A stretch of DNA of 64,000 nucleotides from Eledone cirrhosa. Lineage: Eukaryota. This document shows positions 27,627 through 42,887 of this stretch, one piece after another. The stretch is from contig OZ024747.1 of assembly GCA_964016885.1 (NCBI GenBank), forward strand, positions 4,092,001 through 4,156,000. The letters run 5' to 3'. The first letter of the stretch is position 1. Each line of letters opens with the position of its first letter. Position numbers and translations under genes: made by a program. The notes beneath the pieces were generated by a model. It had not been told where the DNA came from and made no database searches. It worked only from the letters and a program-made list of their open reading frames with translations.

Positions 27627-28174
27627 TAATGATGATTAAAAGTTAAATCGATCTCAGTATATGGCAGCTACATTTTTGCTGGCCCCTGAAATAGGAGAGA
27701 TATGGTTAAGCCATGATTGGATATGGAGTCATAACATTGGAGTATGAGACTTGATATTGCTTGGTATTTTGTCTTGTGTTGTATTGTTTCTGCTAAAGTA
27801 CATAATTATTTACATATTCATGAGTAGTCTTCCACTATTTTCACTTGGGAAAGGCAGATAAACAGATCCTGGTGAGGTGTTAAGTAGCATTGAAACCTGT
27901 TTATTCAATTCTATTTTGAAGCTACTAAAAAGTATCTCATATGGCCTAACTACACAGTGAGACTAAATATATAAAAACAGAAACACATATACTTATTACT
28001 TATTTATTCATCACCCATCTAGAAGTTCACTTTGTACTTCCTGGATTCAATTCCACTGCAGGTCATCTTGGGTGTCTTTTACCATAGCTTGAGATTGATC
28101 TAAGTATTGTCAGTGAAACAGAACAGAAACTGTTTGGAAATCTATTCAAGAGACCATACCTGTAATTTGATTAG

Positions 28175-28376
28175 TACAAGGCCAGAAATTTTTGAGAGAA
28201 GAAAAATTAGGTTATATAAATCCCAGTATTTGACTGGTACTTTATTTTTTCAATCTCTTAAAGGTGGAAGGCAGAATTAACCTCGGTAGGATTTGAACTC
28301 AGAATGTAAAGAGCTGGAACAAATCTCTGCTAAGCATTTGTACGGCACTCTAAAGACTTTACCATTCCATTGCCTT
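28175..28376 (-). mobile_element. Meta/MESC-like SINE
   Basis: cccagtatttgactggtactttatt...aaggcagaattaacctcggtaggatttgaactcag. Confidence 0.7.
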
Positions 28377-29206
28377 ACACCAGTTTAATAAAGAGAAAGT
28401 AAGTTTTATTACTAAATCTTTCCAAATTCTTGATTATTTTCAAAATTATTCAAAAATCATCAGCAATGTGTAATATATAGGCCTTTAAAATATAATAAGG
28501 AAAGGGTTAAATGGATAAAACTTTATGTCCTTGTGTTCATGTTAGAAATCAATATCAACAAATTAATAGATCAATATTTACGTATTTTCATTTTATCTTG
28601 TAAATATTTTATTTGTTTTAACAAATCTGGAAACTGAAATATGTGTGTATGTAGAGTGTAAAGTTTACTCTGGATATTAAAATGGCTTTACACATTAATA
28701 AATATAAATCCTAATTTGCATTTTATCAAGTAAAAATACCAACAAAAATAAATAAATAAATAAAAATATCCCTCAATTTTTTCCTTTAAATTTTGGACAC
28801 GTTACTCTCTGCTGATTATAATTTTGTACATCAAAGTAATTTCTAGTTAGAAGCTGTGAGTTTAATGGTTGTTTTTATAAGGGAGGCTACTCTGCTTCAT
28901 CATTAACAGTTTTCAATTGCCTAAAATGTATACGTCAGTTAGAAAGTATGATGTTGATTTTGTTAAGCATCTGGCTAGCTCTGATTGAGCTCGCAGGTTT
29001 ATAACTGTAGGCGTTCCAAACATAAACCTCACGTTTTTTTTTCCAATATGCTGGTCTCTTTCGATCAACTTTATATCGCCTCATGCTAGAGTTATTTTTT
29101 AAATTGTCATTTTCTTGTGTGTGTGTGTAGCACTTACATTATATATCTGCAAACCCTATGTATGCATGGTCCCGAGGATGTCGTAGGGGCGCCATATTGA
29201 CATACA

Positions 29207-29492
29207 GTGTTTCTAGGGCATTTTAAAACCTGGTGGACACCCCCCTCCTCTCTAGGTCGGAATACAGCAGATTTCTTCCAGAGAAGGATATAGAGAGTGA
29301 GAGAATGGAAGTGGGAAAGAGATATATAGAGGAAGAATTGACCCCAGTACTTGACTGGTACTTGTTTTTATCGACCTATATGGATGAAAGGCAAAGTTGA
29401 CCTCAGTGGGATTTGAACTTAGAGAACAGAGACCCAAAATGAATACCACAAAGCTTTCTATCTGACTCTTTAATGACTCTGCCAATCCACCT
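29207..29492 (-). mobile_element. Meta/MESC-like SINE with an extended alternative tail
   Basis: Paralog of 26458-26732. Confidence 0.7.
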
Positions 29493-29498
29493 TATACA

Positions 29499-32400
29499 TG
29501 GCTATGTATACTGACATCTGTCTCTATATATATGATAGGCTATCTATACTGACATCTGTATCTATATATATGATAGGCTATCTATACTGACATCTGTATC
29601 TATATATATGATAGGCTATCTATACTGACATCTGTATCTATATATATGATAGGCTATCTATACTGACATCTGTATCTATATATATGATAGGCTATCTATA
29701 CTGACATCTGTATCTATATATATGATAGGCTATCTATACTGACATCTGTATCTATATTTATGATAGGCTATCTATACTGATATCTGTATCTATATATATG
29801 ATAGGCTATCTATACTGACATCTGTATCTATATATATGATAGGCTATCTATACTGACATCTGTATCTATATATATGATAGGCTATCTATACTGACATCTG
29901 TATCTATATATATGATAGGCTATCTATACTGACATCTGTATCTATATATATGATAGGCTATCTATACTGACATCTGTATCTATATATATGATAGGCTATC
30001 TATACTGACATCTGTATCTATATATATGATAGGCTATCTATACTGACATCTGTATCTATATATATGATAGGCTATCTATACTGACATCTGTATCTATATA
30101 TATATGATAGGCTATCTATACTGACATCTGTCTCTATATATATGATAGGCTATCTATACTGACATCTGTATCTATATATATATGATAGGCTATCTATACT
30201 GACATCTGTATCTATATATATATGATAGGCTATCTATACTGACATCTGTATCTATATATATGATAGGCTATCTATACTGACATCTGTATCTATATATATG
30301 ATAGGCTATCTATACTGACATCTGTATCTATATATATATGATAGGCTATCTATACTGACATCTGTATCTATATATATGATAGGCTATCTATACTGACATC
30401 TGTATCTATATATATGATAGGCTATCTATACTGACATCTGTATCTATATATATGATAGGCTATCTATACTGACATCTGTATCTATATATATATGATAGGC
30501 TATGTATACTGACATCTGTATCTATATATATGATAGGCTATCTATACTGACATCTGTATCTATATATATATGATAGGCTATCTATACTGACATCTGTATC
30601 TATATATATGATAGGCTATGTATACTGACATCTGTATCTATATATATGATAGGCTATCTATACTGACATCTGTATCTATATATATATGATAGGCTATCTA
30701 TACTGACATCTGTATCTATATATATGATAGGCTATCTATACTGACATCTGTCTCTATATATATGATAGGCTATCTATACTGACTTCTGTATCTATATATA
30801 TATGATAGGCTATCTATACTGACATCTGTATCTATATATATGATAGGCTATCTATACTGACATCTGTATCTATATATATGATAGGCTATCTATACTGACA
30901 TCTGTATCTATATATATGATAGGCTATCTATACTGACATCTGTCTCTATATATATGATAGGCTATCTATACTGACTTCTGTATCTATATATATGATAGGC
31001 TATCTATACTGACATCTGTATCTATATATATGATAGGCTATCTATACTGACATCTGTATCTATATATATATGATAGGCTATCTATACTGACATCTGTATC
31101 TATATATATGATAGGCTATCTATACTGACATCTGTATCTATATATATGATAGGCTATCTATACTGACATCTGTATCTATATATATGATAGGCTATCTATA
31201 CTGACATCTGTATCTATATATATGATAGGCTATCTATACTGACATCTGTATCTATATATATGATAGGCTATCTATACTGACATCTGTATCTATATATATG
31301 ATAGGCTATCTATACTGACATCTGTATCTATATATATATGATAGGCTATCTATACTGACATCTGTCTCTATATATATGATAGGCTATCTATACTGACATC
31401 TGTATCTATATATATATGATAGGCTATCTATACTGACATCTGTATCTTATATGATAGGCTATCTATACTGACATCTGTATCTATATATATGATAGGCTAT
31501 CTATACTGACATCTGTATCTATATATATGATAGGCTATGTATACTGACATCTGTATCTATATATATGATAGGCTATCTATACTGACATCTGTATCTATAT
31601 ATATATGATAGGCTATCTATACTGACATCTGTATCTATATATATGATAGGCTATCTATACTGACATCTGTCTCTATATATATGATAGGCTATCTATACTG
31701 ACTTCTGTATCTATATATATGATAGGCTATCTATACTGACATCTGTATCTATATATATGATAGGCTATCTATACTGACATCTGTATCTATATATATGATA
31801 GGCTATCTATACTGACATCTGTATCTATATATATGATAGGCTATCTATACTGACATCTGTCTCTATATATATGATAGGCTATCTATACTGACTTCTGTAT
31901 CTATATATATGATAGGCTATCTATACTGACATCTGTATCTATATATATGATAGGCTATCTATACTGACATCTGTATCTATATATATATATGATAGGCTAT
32001 CTATACTGACATCTGTATCTATATATATGATAGGCTATCTATACTGACATCTGTATCTATATATATGATAGGCTATCTATACTGACATCTGTATCTATAT
32101 ATATGATAGGCTATCTATACTGACATCTGTATCTATATATATATGATAGGCTATCTATACTGACATCTGTATCTATATATATGATAGGCTATGTATACTG
32201 ACATCTGTATCTATATATATGATAGGCTATCTATACTGACATCTGTATCTATATATATATGATAGGCTATCTATACTGACATCTGTATCTATATATATGA
32301 TAGGCTATCTATACTGACATCTGTATCTATATATATGATAGGCTATCTATACTGACATCTGTATCTATATATATGATAGGCTATCTATACTGACATCTGT

Positions 32401-34277
32401 ATCTATATATATGATAGGCTATCTATACTGACATCTGTATCTATATATATGATAGGCTATCTATACTGACATCTGTATCTATATATATGATAGGCTATCT
32501 ATACTGACATCTGTACCTATATATATATGATAGGCTATGTATACTGACATCTGTATCTATATATATGATAGGCTATCTATACTGACATCTGTATCTATAT
32601 ATATATGATAGGCTATCTATACTGACATCTGTATCTATATATATGATAGGCTATGTATACTGACATCTGTATCTATATATATGATAGGCTATCTATACTG
32701 ACATCTGTATCTATATATATATGATAGGCTATCTATACTGACATCTGTATCTATATATATGATAGGCTATCTATACTGACATCTGTCTCTATATATATGA
32801 TAGGCTATCTATACTGACTTCTGTATCTATATATATGATAGGCTATCTATACTGACATCTGTATCTATATATATGATAGGCTATCTATACTGACATCTGT
32901 ATCTATATATATGATAGGCTATCTATACTGACATCTGTCTTTATATATATGATAGGCTATCTATACTGACTTCTGTATCTATATATATGATAGGCTATCT
33001 ATACTGACATCTGTATCTATATATATGATAGGCTATCTATACTGACATCTGTATCTATATATATATGATAGGCTATCTATACTGACATCTGTATCTATAT
33101 ATATGATAGGCTATCTATACTGACATCTGTATCTATATATATGATAGGCTATCTATACTGACATCTGTATCTATATATATGATAGGCTATCTATACTGAC
33201 ATCTGTATCTATATATATATGATAGGCTATCTATACTGACATCTGTATCTATATATATGATAGGCTATGTATACTGACATCTGTATCTATATATATGATA
33301 GGCTATCTATACTGACATCTGTATCTATATATATATGATAGGCTATCTATACTGACATCTGTATCTATATATATGATAGGCTATCTATACTGACATCTGT
33401 ATCTATATATATGATAGGCTATCTATACTGACATCTGTATCTATATATATGATAGGCTATCTATACTGACATCTGTATCTATATATATGATAGGCTATCT
33501 ATACTGACATCTGTATCTATATATATGATAGGCTATGTATACTGACATCTGTCTCTATATATATGATAGGCTATCTATACTGACTTCTGTATCTATATAT
33601 ATGATAGGCTATCTATACTGACATCTGTATCTATATATATGATAGGCTATCTATACTGACATCTGTATCTATATATATGATAGGCTATCTATACTGACAT
33701 CTGTATCTATATATATGATAGGCTATCTATACTGACATCTGTCTCTATATATATGATAGGCTATCTATACTGACTTCTGTATCTATATATATGATAGGCT
33801 ATCTATACTGACATCTGTATCTATATATATGATAGGCTATCTATACTGACATCTGTATCTATATATATGATAGGCTATGTATACTGACATCTGTCTCTAT
33901 ATATATGATAGGCTATCTATACTGACTTCTGTATCTATATATATGATAGGCTATCTATACTGACATCTGTATCTATATATATGATAGGCTATCTATACTG
34001 ACATCTGTATCTATATATATGATAGGCTATCTATACTGACATCTGTATCTATATATATGATAGGCTATCTATACTGACATCTGTCTCTATATATATGATA
34101 GGCTATCTATACTGACATCTGTATCTATATATATGATAGGCTATCTATACTGACATCTGTCTCTATATATATGATAGGCTATCTATACTGACTTCTGTAT
34201 CTATATATATGATAGGCTATCTATTCTGACATCTGTATCTATATATATGATAGGCTATCTATACTGACATCTGTATC
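29499..34277. repeat. 38-bp minisatellite (atgataggctatctatactgacatctgtatctatatat), ~124 copies
   Basis: Period 38, with 40 and 42 bp variants from extra TA; variant markers tctctat, gacttct, ctatgta. Confidence 0.98.
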
Positions 34278-34950
34278 AAGCAGGACTAGATGGCATAGGA
34301 CGTAATTTTGAGAAACCCTACTTGCTTCCAATGCTAGTTGTTTTATTCTGTTTTATTGTAAATATATCAGGTACACTACATGTATGTACCTGTAAACCCA
34401 TCTGGGAGGGTCGTGGAGGCACAGTCTTGAAACATTTCTTCAAGTGGGTCCTGTTAGACACAACCATCTCCAACTGATCCGGCTGGATCCCCAAGTGAGA
34501 CCAGCCAAGCTCATGGATCTTATCTAACCATCTTGTTCAGGGCCTACCCCTGGGTCTCCTGCTGTTTGATTACTAAAATACTTAATGAGCAGTTTGAAAT
34601 AGAGTCTATATTTTATATCTGGCCTGGGCCTTGTTACCAAATTTGGGGGACTACATTTTACATTTGGCTTAAGCCTTTTACCAATTCTGGGGTGGCCTTC
34701 AAAATGATCAGAAATTGGTAAAAACTATAGTCTAAATGCCACTTAAAACATTTAAAATATCAAACTATTAAAACTTCATAAATATATTCTCCACTCCTGA
34801 GAATTTCAAAACTGCACCATCTAAACATGTTGATTAGCTGCCTTGGCTTATAAATAAGGGTTTGGATTTCTGCCTATTTCTCAGACATAGGTGGGGTGTG
34901 TGTGTGCTTATATTCAGATCAGCTTATATTCTAGTATACACAGTTCTTAT

Positions 34951-35157
34951 TTTACATCATGTAAATTACTCTATATTTACTTTTGTATTTTCATGGTAAA
35001 GGCTTTACCTCACATAATTATTTCCTATAATATCAAATCTACAAGATTTTGATATTTATTTTGAAAATGATTCCTTAATGTCAGTATGGCCGATTTGAAC
35101 AGACAGAGGTGAGAGAATTCTGGCCGGATACAGCCAGTTTAAATGCTAAATGGTTAA
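34951..35157. mobile_element. piggyBac-type MITE (left end decayed)
   Basis: Interior matches the 27414 and 39703 copies; ends aaatgctaaatgg TTAA. Confidence 0.65.
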
Positions 35158-35459
35158 GGTGATCAAGTTGGATTTGAGGGAGAGTTGGCTACTATTTCTA
35201 GCAGCCTGAGTGACTACAATAAAGGATTCCTCATTGGCCCCAGCACAAATGACGTGTTATAAGTAGACTCACGTCAGTCTTGATTTAGCAGACCTATGAT
35301 AAAATCCAAGGCAGTCAACTTATGACCATCTCATCTTTATTTTCAGACTTAGTGTATCTAGAACTACATCATCCAACACACATACACACATATATATATA
35401 TATGTGTGTGTTTGTATATATGATGTTGATGGTACATATATATATATAAATATATATAT

Positions 35460-35917
35460 ATGCAAAAGACAAACAGAAATAACAAAGCAAATGACACAGT
35501 GCAATGAAGAAATATATTATTAGTTTTATGCTTGATATAGTAGGAAAAGAATTTTAATGTTTCAGACGCTAGTCCTTCATCAGAAGATAGAATGAGAAAT
35601 CAAAGAAGAAATAGAAAGATTGAGATGAACTGGACGGAAACAGAAAAAAAAATTTGAGAAAAATTACAGGTCCATTCATGTTGTTATATATATATATTGG
35701 TGAATTTTGTTAGAAATATCCAAATTTGGCAGAGCACTCAATCCGAGGGACAAGTTGTAATATAGAAAACTTGATTAAATTCACAATATTTACATGTCGA
35801 ATACCTGCATTTCACTGACGGAAGTGATAACTTTCTCAGTGAAACATACATCTTGACATATGTAGTTAGACATTGAAATGTTGCGAATTTGACCAAATTT
35901 TGTGTAAGTGTCTGTGA

Positions 35918-35963
<46 letters not shown>

Positions 35964-36470
35964 GCTATTTCTGGACCAGAAATAGCTGTTGAAACGGCTT
36001 GAGCTCTGCCGTCGAGGTCTTGGATATTTTCCTATTACCCACTCTACTCCCCTAAGTATTGAGTACATAATATACATAAACCTAAGAAAATTAACAAAGA
36101 GCAATATAATAAATGGAAATAAGCGAAACAAAAACAATTTAAGGGGAAACCTTAAAAAATTATTTTAAAATAAAAATACAAAAGGGCACAGAACTCCATG
36201 GTCATTTGCCGTTGAGGTGGACTTTGGCAGTTTCAAGCCCTACCAACGGTACTGCTGGTCCACCCAGGGTCATAGCATCTGACACAATCTAAACACTCTC
36301 CACTGGAGTAACAGACGAGAGACAAAACATTAATATATATTTAATATAGAAATGGCTTTTACAGGATTAGAATTGTTTCAATTGGAAGAAATCATCAGAA
36401 AAACCCTATTTATACTCTGCTGTGTATGAAGTACTTTACTGTGGTTACTCCCGATTGAACCTGGGATAAA
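35460..36470. mobile_element. Cluster of short Penelope-like pLTR remnants with degenerate hammerhead motifs
   Basis: Minus CTGATGAAGGACTAGCGTCTGAAAC (35583-35559); plus GAAACGGC...GCCGTC (35991-36013); minus CTGATGA...GAAACA...TGTA (36398-36360); separated by (TA)n. Confidence 0.5.
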
Positions 36471-36477
36471 CATATAT

Positions 36478-36822
36478 ATCATCATCATCATCATCACCGT
36501 TTTACGTCCGTTCTTCCACGCTAGTTAGGGTTAGACGGGTTGTCCTGTTGTGGGCAGTGTCTGGTCGGCTGACCTTGTCTTGCTCATACGGGAACTGATT
36601 CTGGCTTGATTTTTACAGCTGGATGCCCTTCCTAACACCACCCGCATTTACAGTGAGTGCTGGGTGCTTTTTTTCTGTGGTGCCTACACATCCACTTTAT
36701 AATGGAATGATAGGGGCCCCAGTCCTATCATCTCATTTCTACAGCTGAGTAAACTGGAGCAATGTGAAATAAAGTGTCTTGCTCAAGGAAACAACACATC
36801 ACCCGGTCTGAGAATTGAACTT
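36478..36822 (-). mobile_element. CORE-type SINE with RTE-derived 3' tail (head truncated)
   Basis: Same tail-hairpin-CORE order as 51117-51493. Confidence 0.75.
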
Positions 36823-38224
36823 AGACCAGGTGTATATATATGAGAGAGAGTAGAATGTGATTTGAGGAATATTTGATTGCTATTTCTGTTAGGACAAGTG
36901 ACCATGTAGAGTGTTCCCCGGGGTTGTAGGGAGACACATGAAAGACACTCTACACAGTTGTTTGAGCTGCACATTTTAGCAATGAAATCTCTTGCAAACA
37001 TCTCCCTATGGCCTCTGAAATTAGAACCACAAACACAATGCCTACAACCTCACACACATTTTGTTGTTGTTGTTGTCATCTTTATTGTTGCTGCTGCACA
37101 TATTATGTTGAAACAGCATCTGTGTTGCAGGCATGCAGCTGCATTCTGCATGCATAAAATGCAATTGAAACATCAACGTTCTGATGTACCCCATCCCCAT
37201 AATCCAGATATTACATAACAACTCTCTGACACACACACTGCTATAATCATTCCACATCTCACTGCTGCATCTGTGCAAAGCAGACAAGCTACCTGCACAC
37301 ATGCATTCCCTCCAGACACACAATGCAATGTGCAATGCAGCAGTTTTTAAATTGGAGGCTCAAAGTCTGGTTTTAGCTCCTACTTATCTTGATTATCATC
37401 ACTGCCTCCAACACCAACAACAGCACCACCACCATCACCTACATCAATATCAATACCATTGTCACCACCAACAACAATATCAAAACCACTCCCACCACCA
37501 TCATCATCAACACCACCACCAACCCCACCACCAAAACCAATAACACACCATCTCCAACACGACCATTAATGACCAGTGCCCCTCCCCAGAGACCTATTAG
37601 CCATGCAACATTGCAAAGAAACAAATAAAATAAAAAATAAACAGCCCAACAACACCATGCTGCAGCAATTGCACATAGGTATAGCTGATAACCTTGAAAT
37701 AAGGATCTAAGGTTTGAGTCAGCAAGGCAAACATATCGATCTGTTTCGTTGCTATGCTAGAAACAGGATGGACTCTATTATACATGAGAATCTGTTAATT
37801 GTAAAGCTTTGTTGGAGAAAAGGCCCTTTTCACTAAACATTGTTTATTCATCAACCCTTTATTAAATACATATTCCAATTGATTATCTAACACAGCCTCA
37901 TAAATTATATCTTAACAGCCAGGCCCGAACAGTTAAGGCCATAACACACAGCTGAGCTAATGTCTCTTTTGTTTCGTATATGTCTACCTTGTGTGTGTGC
38001 AGGCCAGACTAGGGTTGGTGGGTTGCTATCAGGTGGACTAGTTGGCATCGACCTACTATTTTCAGCTGTACTATTTTGTCTTATGTTTTATTTTTATTTT
38101 TTTAATTCCATTCTGTTACTTGCAAATACATCATGTAGACTACATGTATATATTTGTAACCTGCACATAAATCATTTTTAGCATTTATTAGTAAAATTAT
38201 TAATGAGCAGTTTGAAATGAACTC

Positions 38225-38515
38225 TACATGTCATGACAAAAAGCACCCGGTCCACGCTGTAAAGTGGTCATGTAGGTGTCATGACAAAAAGCACCCAGTC
38301 CACACTGTAAAGTGGTTATGTATCATGACAAAACGCACCCAGTACTCACTGTAAATGTGTTTGGCATTAGGAATGACATCCAGCTGTAGAAACTAAACCA
38401 AAATCAGTTCTGTATGAGCAAGACATGATCACCTGACCTGGCATTTCTCACAACAGGACAACTCGTCTAACCCATGCTTGTGTAGAAAAATGGACGCTAA
38501 ACGGTGATGATGATG
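38225..38515 (+). mobile_element. RTE-type 3' tail fragment
   Basis: aaagcaccc.gtccac.ctgtaaagtgg units, catccagctgtagaaa, cgtctaacccatgc, ending in gatgatgat. Confidence 0.7.
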
Positions 38516-39159
38516 TGATGATTTCACATCTTCACTGGGGCTATTATCAGCTTTGGGGTGGGGAGTAGGGCACATTATATTTCTGACATTATTACTGTTT
38601 GCATGGGCCTGTTTGTAACCTGAATGGCAGAGTTAATAGGGTGTGTCTGGAGTAGCAACAAGTCATAGCTACAGCTGGCAGTATTCTGAATGTCTATTAC
38701 AATGCCATATAACACTCATTCTTGTAAATTAGTCTTCCCTAAACAGAAACATCTTAAGTATCAGTCTAGAGTCTCAAGGGTCTCATTAGTAAAGGTGTTA
38801 TAACGTCTAAACACGCGAAGAGGAAGTAAATAAGTTGAGCTGAAGATGGCATGAGAAAGTCTAGAGACACCTGTAGATTGGGGGAAAAAACGATTTGTAA
38901 GCCACCCCTAAATACCTTCTATGTCTTTTGGACTCGTGTGATGTTGTGGTTATCATCCATATGAGTTGATCATTGATGATTGTAAGCAGGTATTGTATCA
39001 TTAACGATTTAATTAGCTTAAGCTCTGATAAAAGCCGACCTTACCCAACTACACCTCTCAAAGGCGATGACACACGACCGTGACCTCTGGCGTCACGCAG
39101 TAATACAGAGTACCCGACCTCCCATGGGTACAAGCTGAAGCATATAGACAATATGCCCC

Positions 39160-39434
39160 CCACACCCTCTCACTGCAAAGTGGTCGTGGAGGTGCCATGG
39201 CAAAAAAGCACCCAGCCCACACTGTAAAGTGGACATGTAGGCGCCACGGAAAAAAAGCACCCACCACTCACTGTAAATGAGGTTGGTGTTAGGAAGGGCA
39301 TCCAGCTGTAGAAATCAAGCCAAATCAGTTCCTGTATGAGCAAGGCATGGTCAGCCGACCAGACACTGCCCACAACAGGACAACCCGTCTAACCCATGCT
39401 AGCATGGAAGACCAGACGTAAAACGGTGATGATG
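39160..39434 (+). mobile_element. RTE-type 3' tail fragment
   Basis: ggtgttaggaagggcatccagctgtagaaatc...cgtctaacccatgctagcatggaag...gatgatga. Confidence 0.75.
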
Positions 39435-39702
39435 AAGCTCTAACTCCTTATGATTCTTGCAAAGCTAACACAGACAACATGCCAACATGTTTTTCCTACA
39501 CAATGAACATCCCACCCTCTAAAGTGAACTGGGTTTCTACCTTTTTGTTTTTAATGCTGTTTATAGTCAGTAAGGTTAGTGGGTGGGGTATTCATAGCCC
39601 TGTGCAGGCCCTCAGGGGCTGATGTGAGTGAGCGAGGAAGGTATTGTTAAACCAGAGACCTGGTCCAAATACTTGCAACAAAGTGGGTTCTATTAAAGTT
39701 AC

Positions 39703-39931
39703 TTAACCCTTTAACATTTACATTACTCTATATTTACTATTAAATTTTCATGGTAAAGGCTTTACCTCACATAATCCTTTCACATAATATCGAATCTATG
39801 GGATTTTGATGTTATTTATTTTGAGAACAATACCTTAACATAAGTATGAGCAGCTGGTTATGGCTAATTTGAACAGAAAAAGGTGAGGAAATTCTGGCTG
39901 GATATGGCCAGTTTAAATGCTAAAATGTTAA
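39703..39931. mobile_element. piggyBac-type MITE
   Basis: TTAA-ccctttaacattt ... aaatgctaaaatg-TTAA. Confidence 0.75.
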
Positions 39932-40644
39932 GGACCAGGTCGTGGTGTTAAACTGGGCAATACCCCAGTATGTCACAGCAGCATTTTAGTTCAGAATTTT
40001 GTTGGAGTTACAAGGCTGACTGTACCATAGTTTCATTAAATTCCCCCCCAGTTATTGCTGGCAGTCATTGTCAGTTGAGCATACTGGAGCAACGTGAAAT
40101 GAAGTGTTTTGCTTAAGAACGCAAAACACAACCCAGTCCAGGAATCAAACATACAGCATTATGTTCGTTAGTCCAACACACTTACCACTAGGCCATGTTA
40201 AAAACACAGCATATCAAAATATTTTATGATTACAAACTTAATTACTTAATTTGTAGTTTAGTTTATAATAATTAAAACTTGAACTTAGATTTAAAACTTT
40301 ATACAAAATTAATCTCTGGATTAGAGAAAAGATTATTAAAAAATTATAAAATTATCCAATTAAAAAAATATAAAATAAAGAATTTTACTTAAGAAATTTT
40401 GATTATTATGCAAAATAATTTTGTATAAATTTGTATAAGTTTTCTATAATTTTTGTTGCAGGAAAATAAAGTCATCATCATCATCATTTGACATCCGTTG
40501 TTCCACGCTTCTATGGGTTGGCTGGGTCCTATGCAGTACAACATCTCTCTGTCATCTGGGACCGTTAGTGACCTGCGGTCAGCTACCTCTCATCACTCCC
40601 AGGTCTTCAATGGAAATTGTTTAAACATTTCTTAAAGAATATTG

Positions 40645-40805
40645 ATATAATAGATATTATGAGTGTCATCATCATCAGCATCATCATCAGCATCATCATC
40701 AGCATCATCATCAGCTCTAATAGCAGCAGCACCACCACCATCATCATCATCAGCTCTAACAGCAGCACCATCATCATCATCAGCAGTAGCACCACAACCC
40801 ACCAC

Positions 40806-40840
<35 letters not shown>

Positions 40841-40990
40841 TCTAACAGCAGCACCATCATCATCATCAGCAGTAGCACCACAACCCACCACCCACCACCA
40901 CCATCACCAACACCATCATCATCATCAGCTCTAATAGGACCACCACCAGCGCCACCACCATCATCACCACTACTACTACTAACAACAACA
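40645..40990. repeat. (CAT/CAG/CAC)n compound repeat
   Basis: Direct reading. Confidence 0.9.
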
Positions 40991-41980
40991 GCTGTTTGAA
41001 ATCCCATGTTGGTATAGGTTGGATGGGTCTGCCATACTACATATTATTACTTATCCTAACCTTCCATCATCTCATCTTTGAAGTCCAGTCCCTTGTCATC
41101 TGACCTTACTATTTATCCCAGGTTTTCTCTATTGTTCCTGTACTCTGGCTTCCATCAACCAATAACACATATTTCTCTATTGTTGCTTTGCCTCACAATT
41201 AATTGTTGGTCACACTTTATATATCATATTTCCATTCACCATATATATATCTGTGTGAAAATACATATATATATATATATGTATACATATATATATATGT
41301 ATACATATATACCTTGTATTTGTTTTGAACAAATTTTTTTCTGAAAATATGTCTTGAAACAGATATTGTTGTACTTTGGGAGGGTCATGCTGCCAATAAA
41401 AACACATGCACCAGTTGGTTTCACTTCCATTTATTACAATTTTCCATTTGGTTGGTTTAGTAACTAGATGGTTGTTTATTTATTGTCAAAGCACTTTTGT
41501 CACACATTCTGGGACCTCCTCAGAGACTAATTTGTTATTTTGTCTCTGCTTTGTTCTGTCCTACACCATCTTGTTTCTGTGTGTGTGAATATATATATAT
41601 ATAATTTATTTGGTAATTTGAAACAATTATATACTGTTTTAAAAGTGAATTCCTTTTAATGTAGTACACAGTTATCACATTCTATATATCACTTCTTTAT
41701 TATGTGTAGTTCTTTTAGTGAATCACTTGAAACACCTTAATTACTTTATAAATGTTATATTTTCAATATGTTTCTCCATTACATATATAACAATATGTAT
41801 ACACATATCATTAATTATATATCCTACCTCTACACACACTTTATTAATTATATATAAAATCTTAATTTAAAATACTTTTAAATGTAAATAAAATATATCA
41901 TAACAAATTTCTTTGTGTATATATTGATATGATGATGATGATATTTTTCAGAAAAAAATAATAGAATATATGTGCATATA

Positions 41981-42042
<62 letters not shown>

Positions 42043-42159
42043 ATACACATCATGTATAAATATATGATATATATATATAGAAAGAGAGAGATATAGATAT
42101 TTAAATTAATATGTAATGTATGTATGATTAGCTCAGGTGGAAGGGGGATGTCTATGAAA

Positions 42160-42297
42160 TTGACCCCAGAGCTTTACTGGTACTTTGTTCTATCAACCCT
42201 GCAAGGATGAAAGGTACAGTTAACCTCGACAGGATTTGAACCCAGAATGTAAAGGGATGTAACTATATGCAGGAAGCCGTGTTGTCTGATGCTCTGA
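42160..42297 (-). mobile_element. Meta/MESC-like SINE
   Basis: tgacccca...actggtacttt...aaggatgaaagg...ggatttgaacccag. Confidence 0.7.
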
Positions 42298-42614
42298 ACT
42301 AATAAAATGAAAATGTGAAAAGGTCGAATGCAATAACATTTTAAAGATATTTTTATTCTGTGATTATGAACGGGGGGGGGGGGGGGCTGCTTGCTCTTTA
42401 AAGATGAATGTATTCATCTGAAAATTTATAATTTTTTTATTGATGTTGTAAAGTGGTTGACATTAAGAAGGGCATCCAACTATAGTAACGAAGAAAAAAC
42501 AAGAAAATATAGATTTTTAGTGAAGAAACTTTCATTGATCAGATAATTTAAAATAATGGCTTGGGATAATTTACTAGGGTTGCCATCTGCAATGAAGAAT
42601 ATATTAATTCTAAA

Positions 42615-42887
42615 GTCTCTCTTGAGCCCGGAGGCTCATCAGGCTGGTGCTTATCCTAATTTCCATGGTGTTAGGCAACTCAGAGTTCAACATTTCCCAC
42701 AGGACAGGGCGCTAGTCCATCACAGGGTTAAACTCCCTGCTGTTGCAGGAACTCATTTTCAGCTGGGTAAACGGGAGCAATGTTAAACAAAGTGTTTTGC
42801 TGAAGAACACAACAGACAACTCAGTCTAGGAATCAAACCTATGACATTATGATAAGACCAACACACTTACCAGTAGGCTACACACCT
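42615..42887 (-). mobile_element. CORE-type SINE with V-domain-like tail
   Basis: Head/CORE ggagcaatg...gtgttttgctgaagaacacaac; tail minus strand aaccctgtgatggactagcgccctgtcc resembles the SINE V-domain; shorter relative at 40040-40197. Confidence 0.55.

Noticed and set aside
42617-42650. Minus-strand CTGATGAGCC(tccg)GGCTC hairpin resembling a hammerhead start
   Set aside because: No GAAA box follows; it is the terminal stem-loop of a SINE tail.
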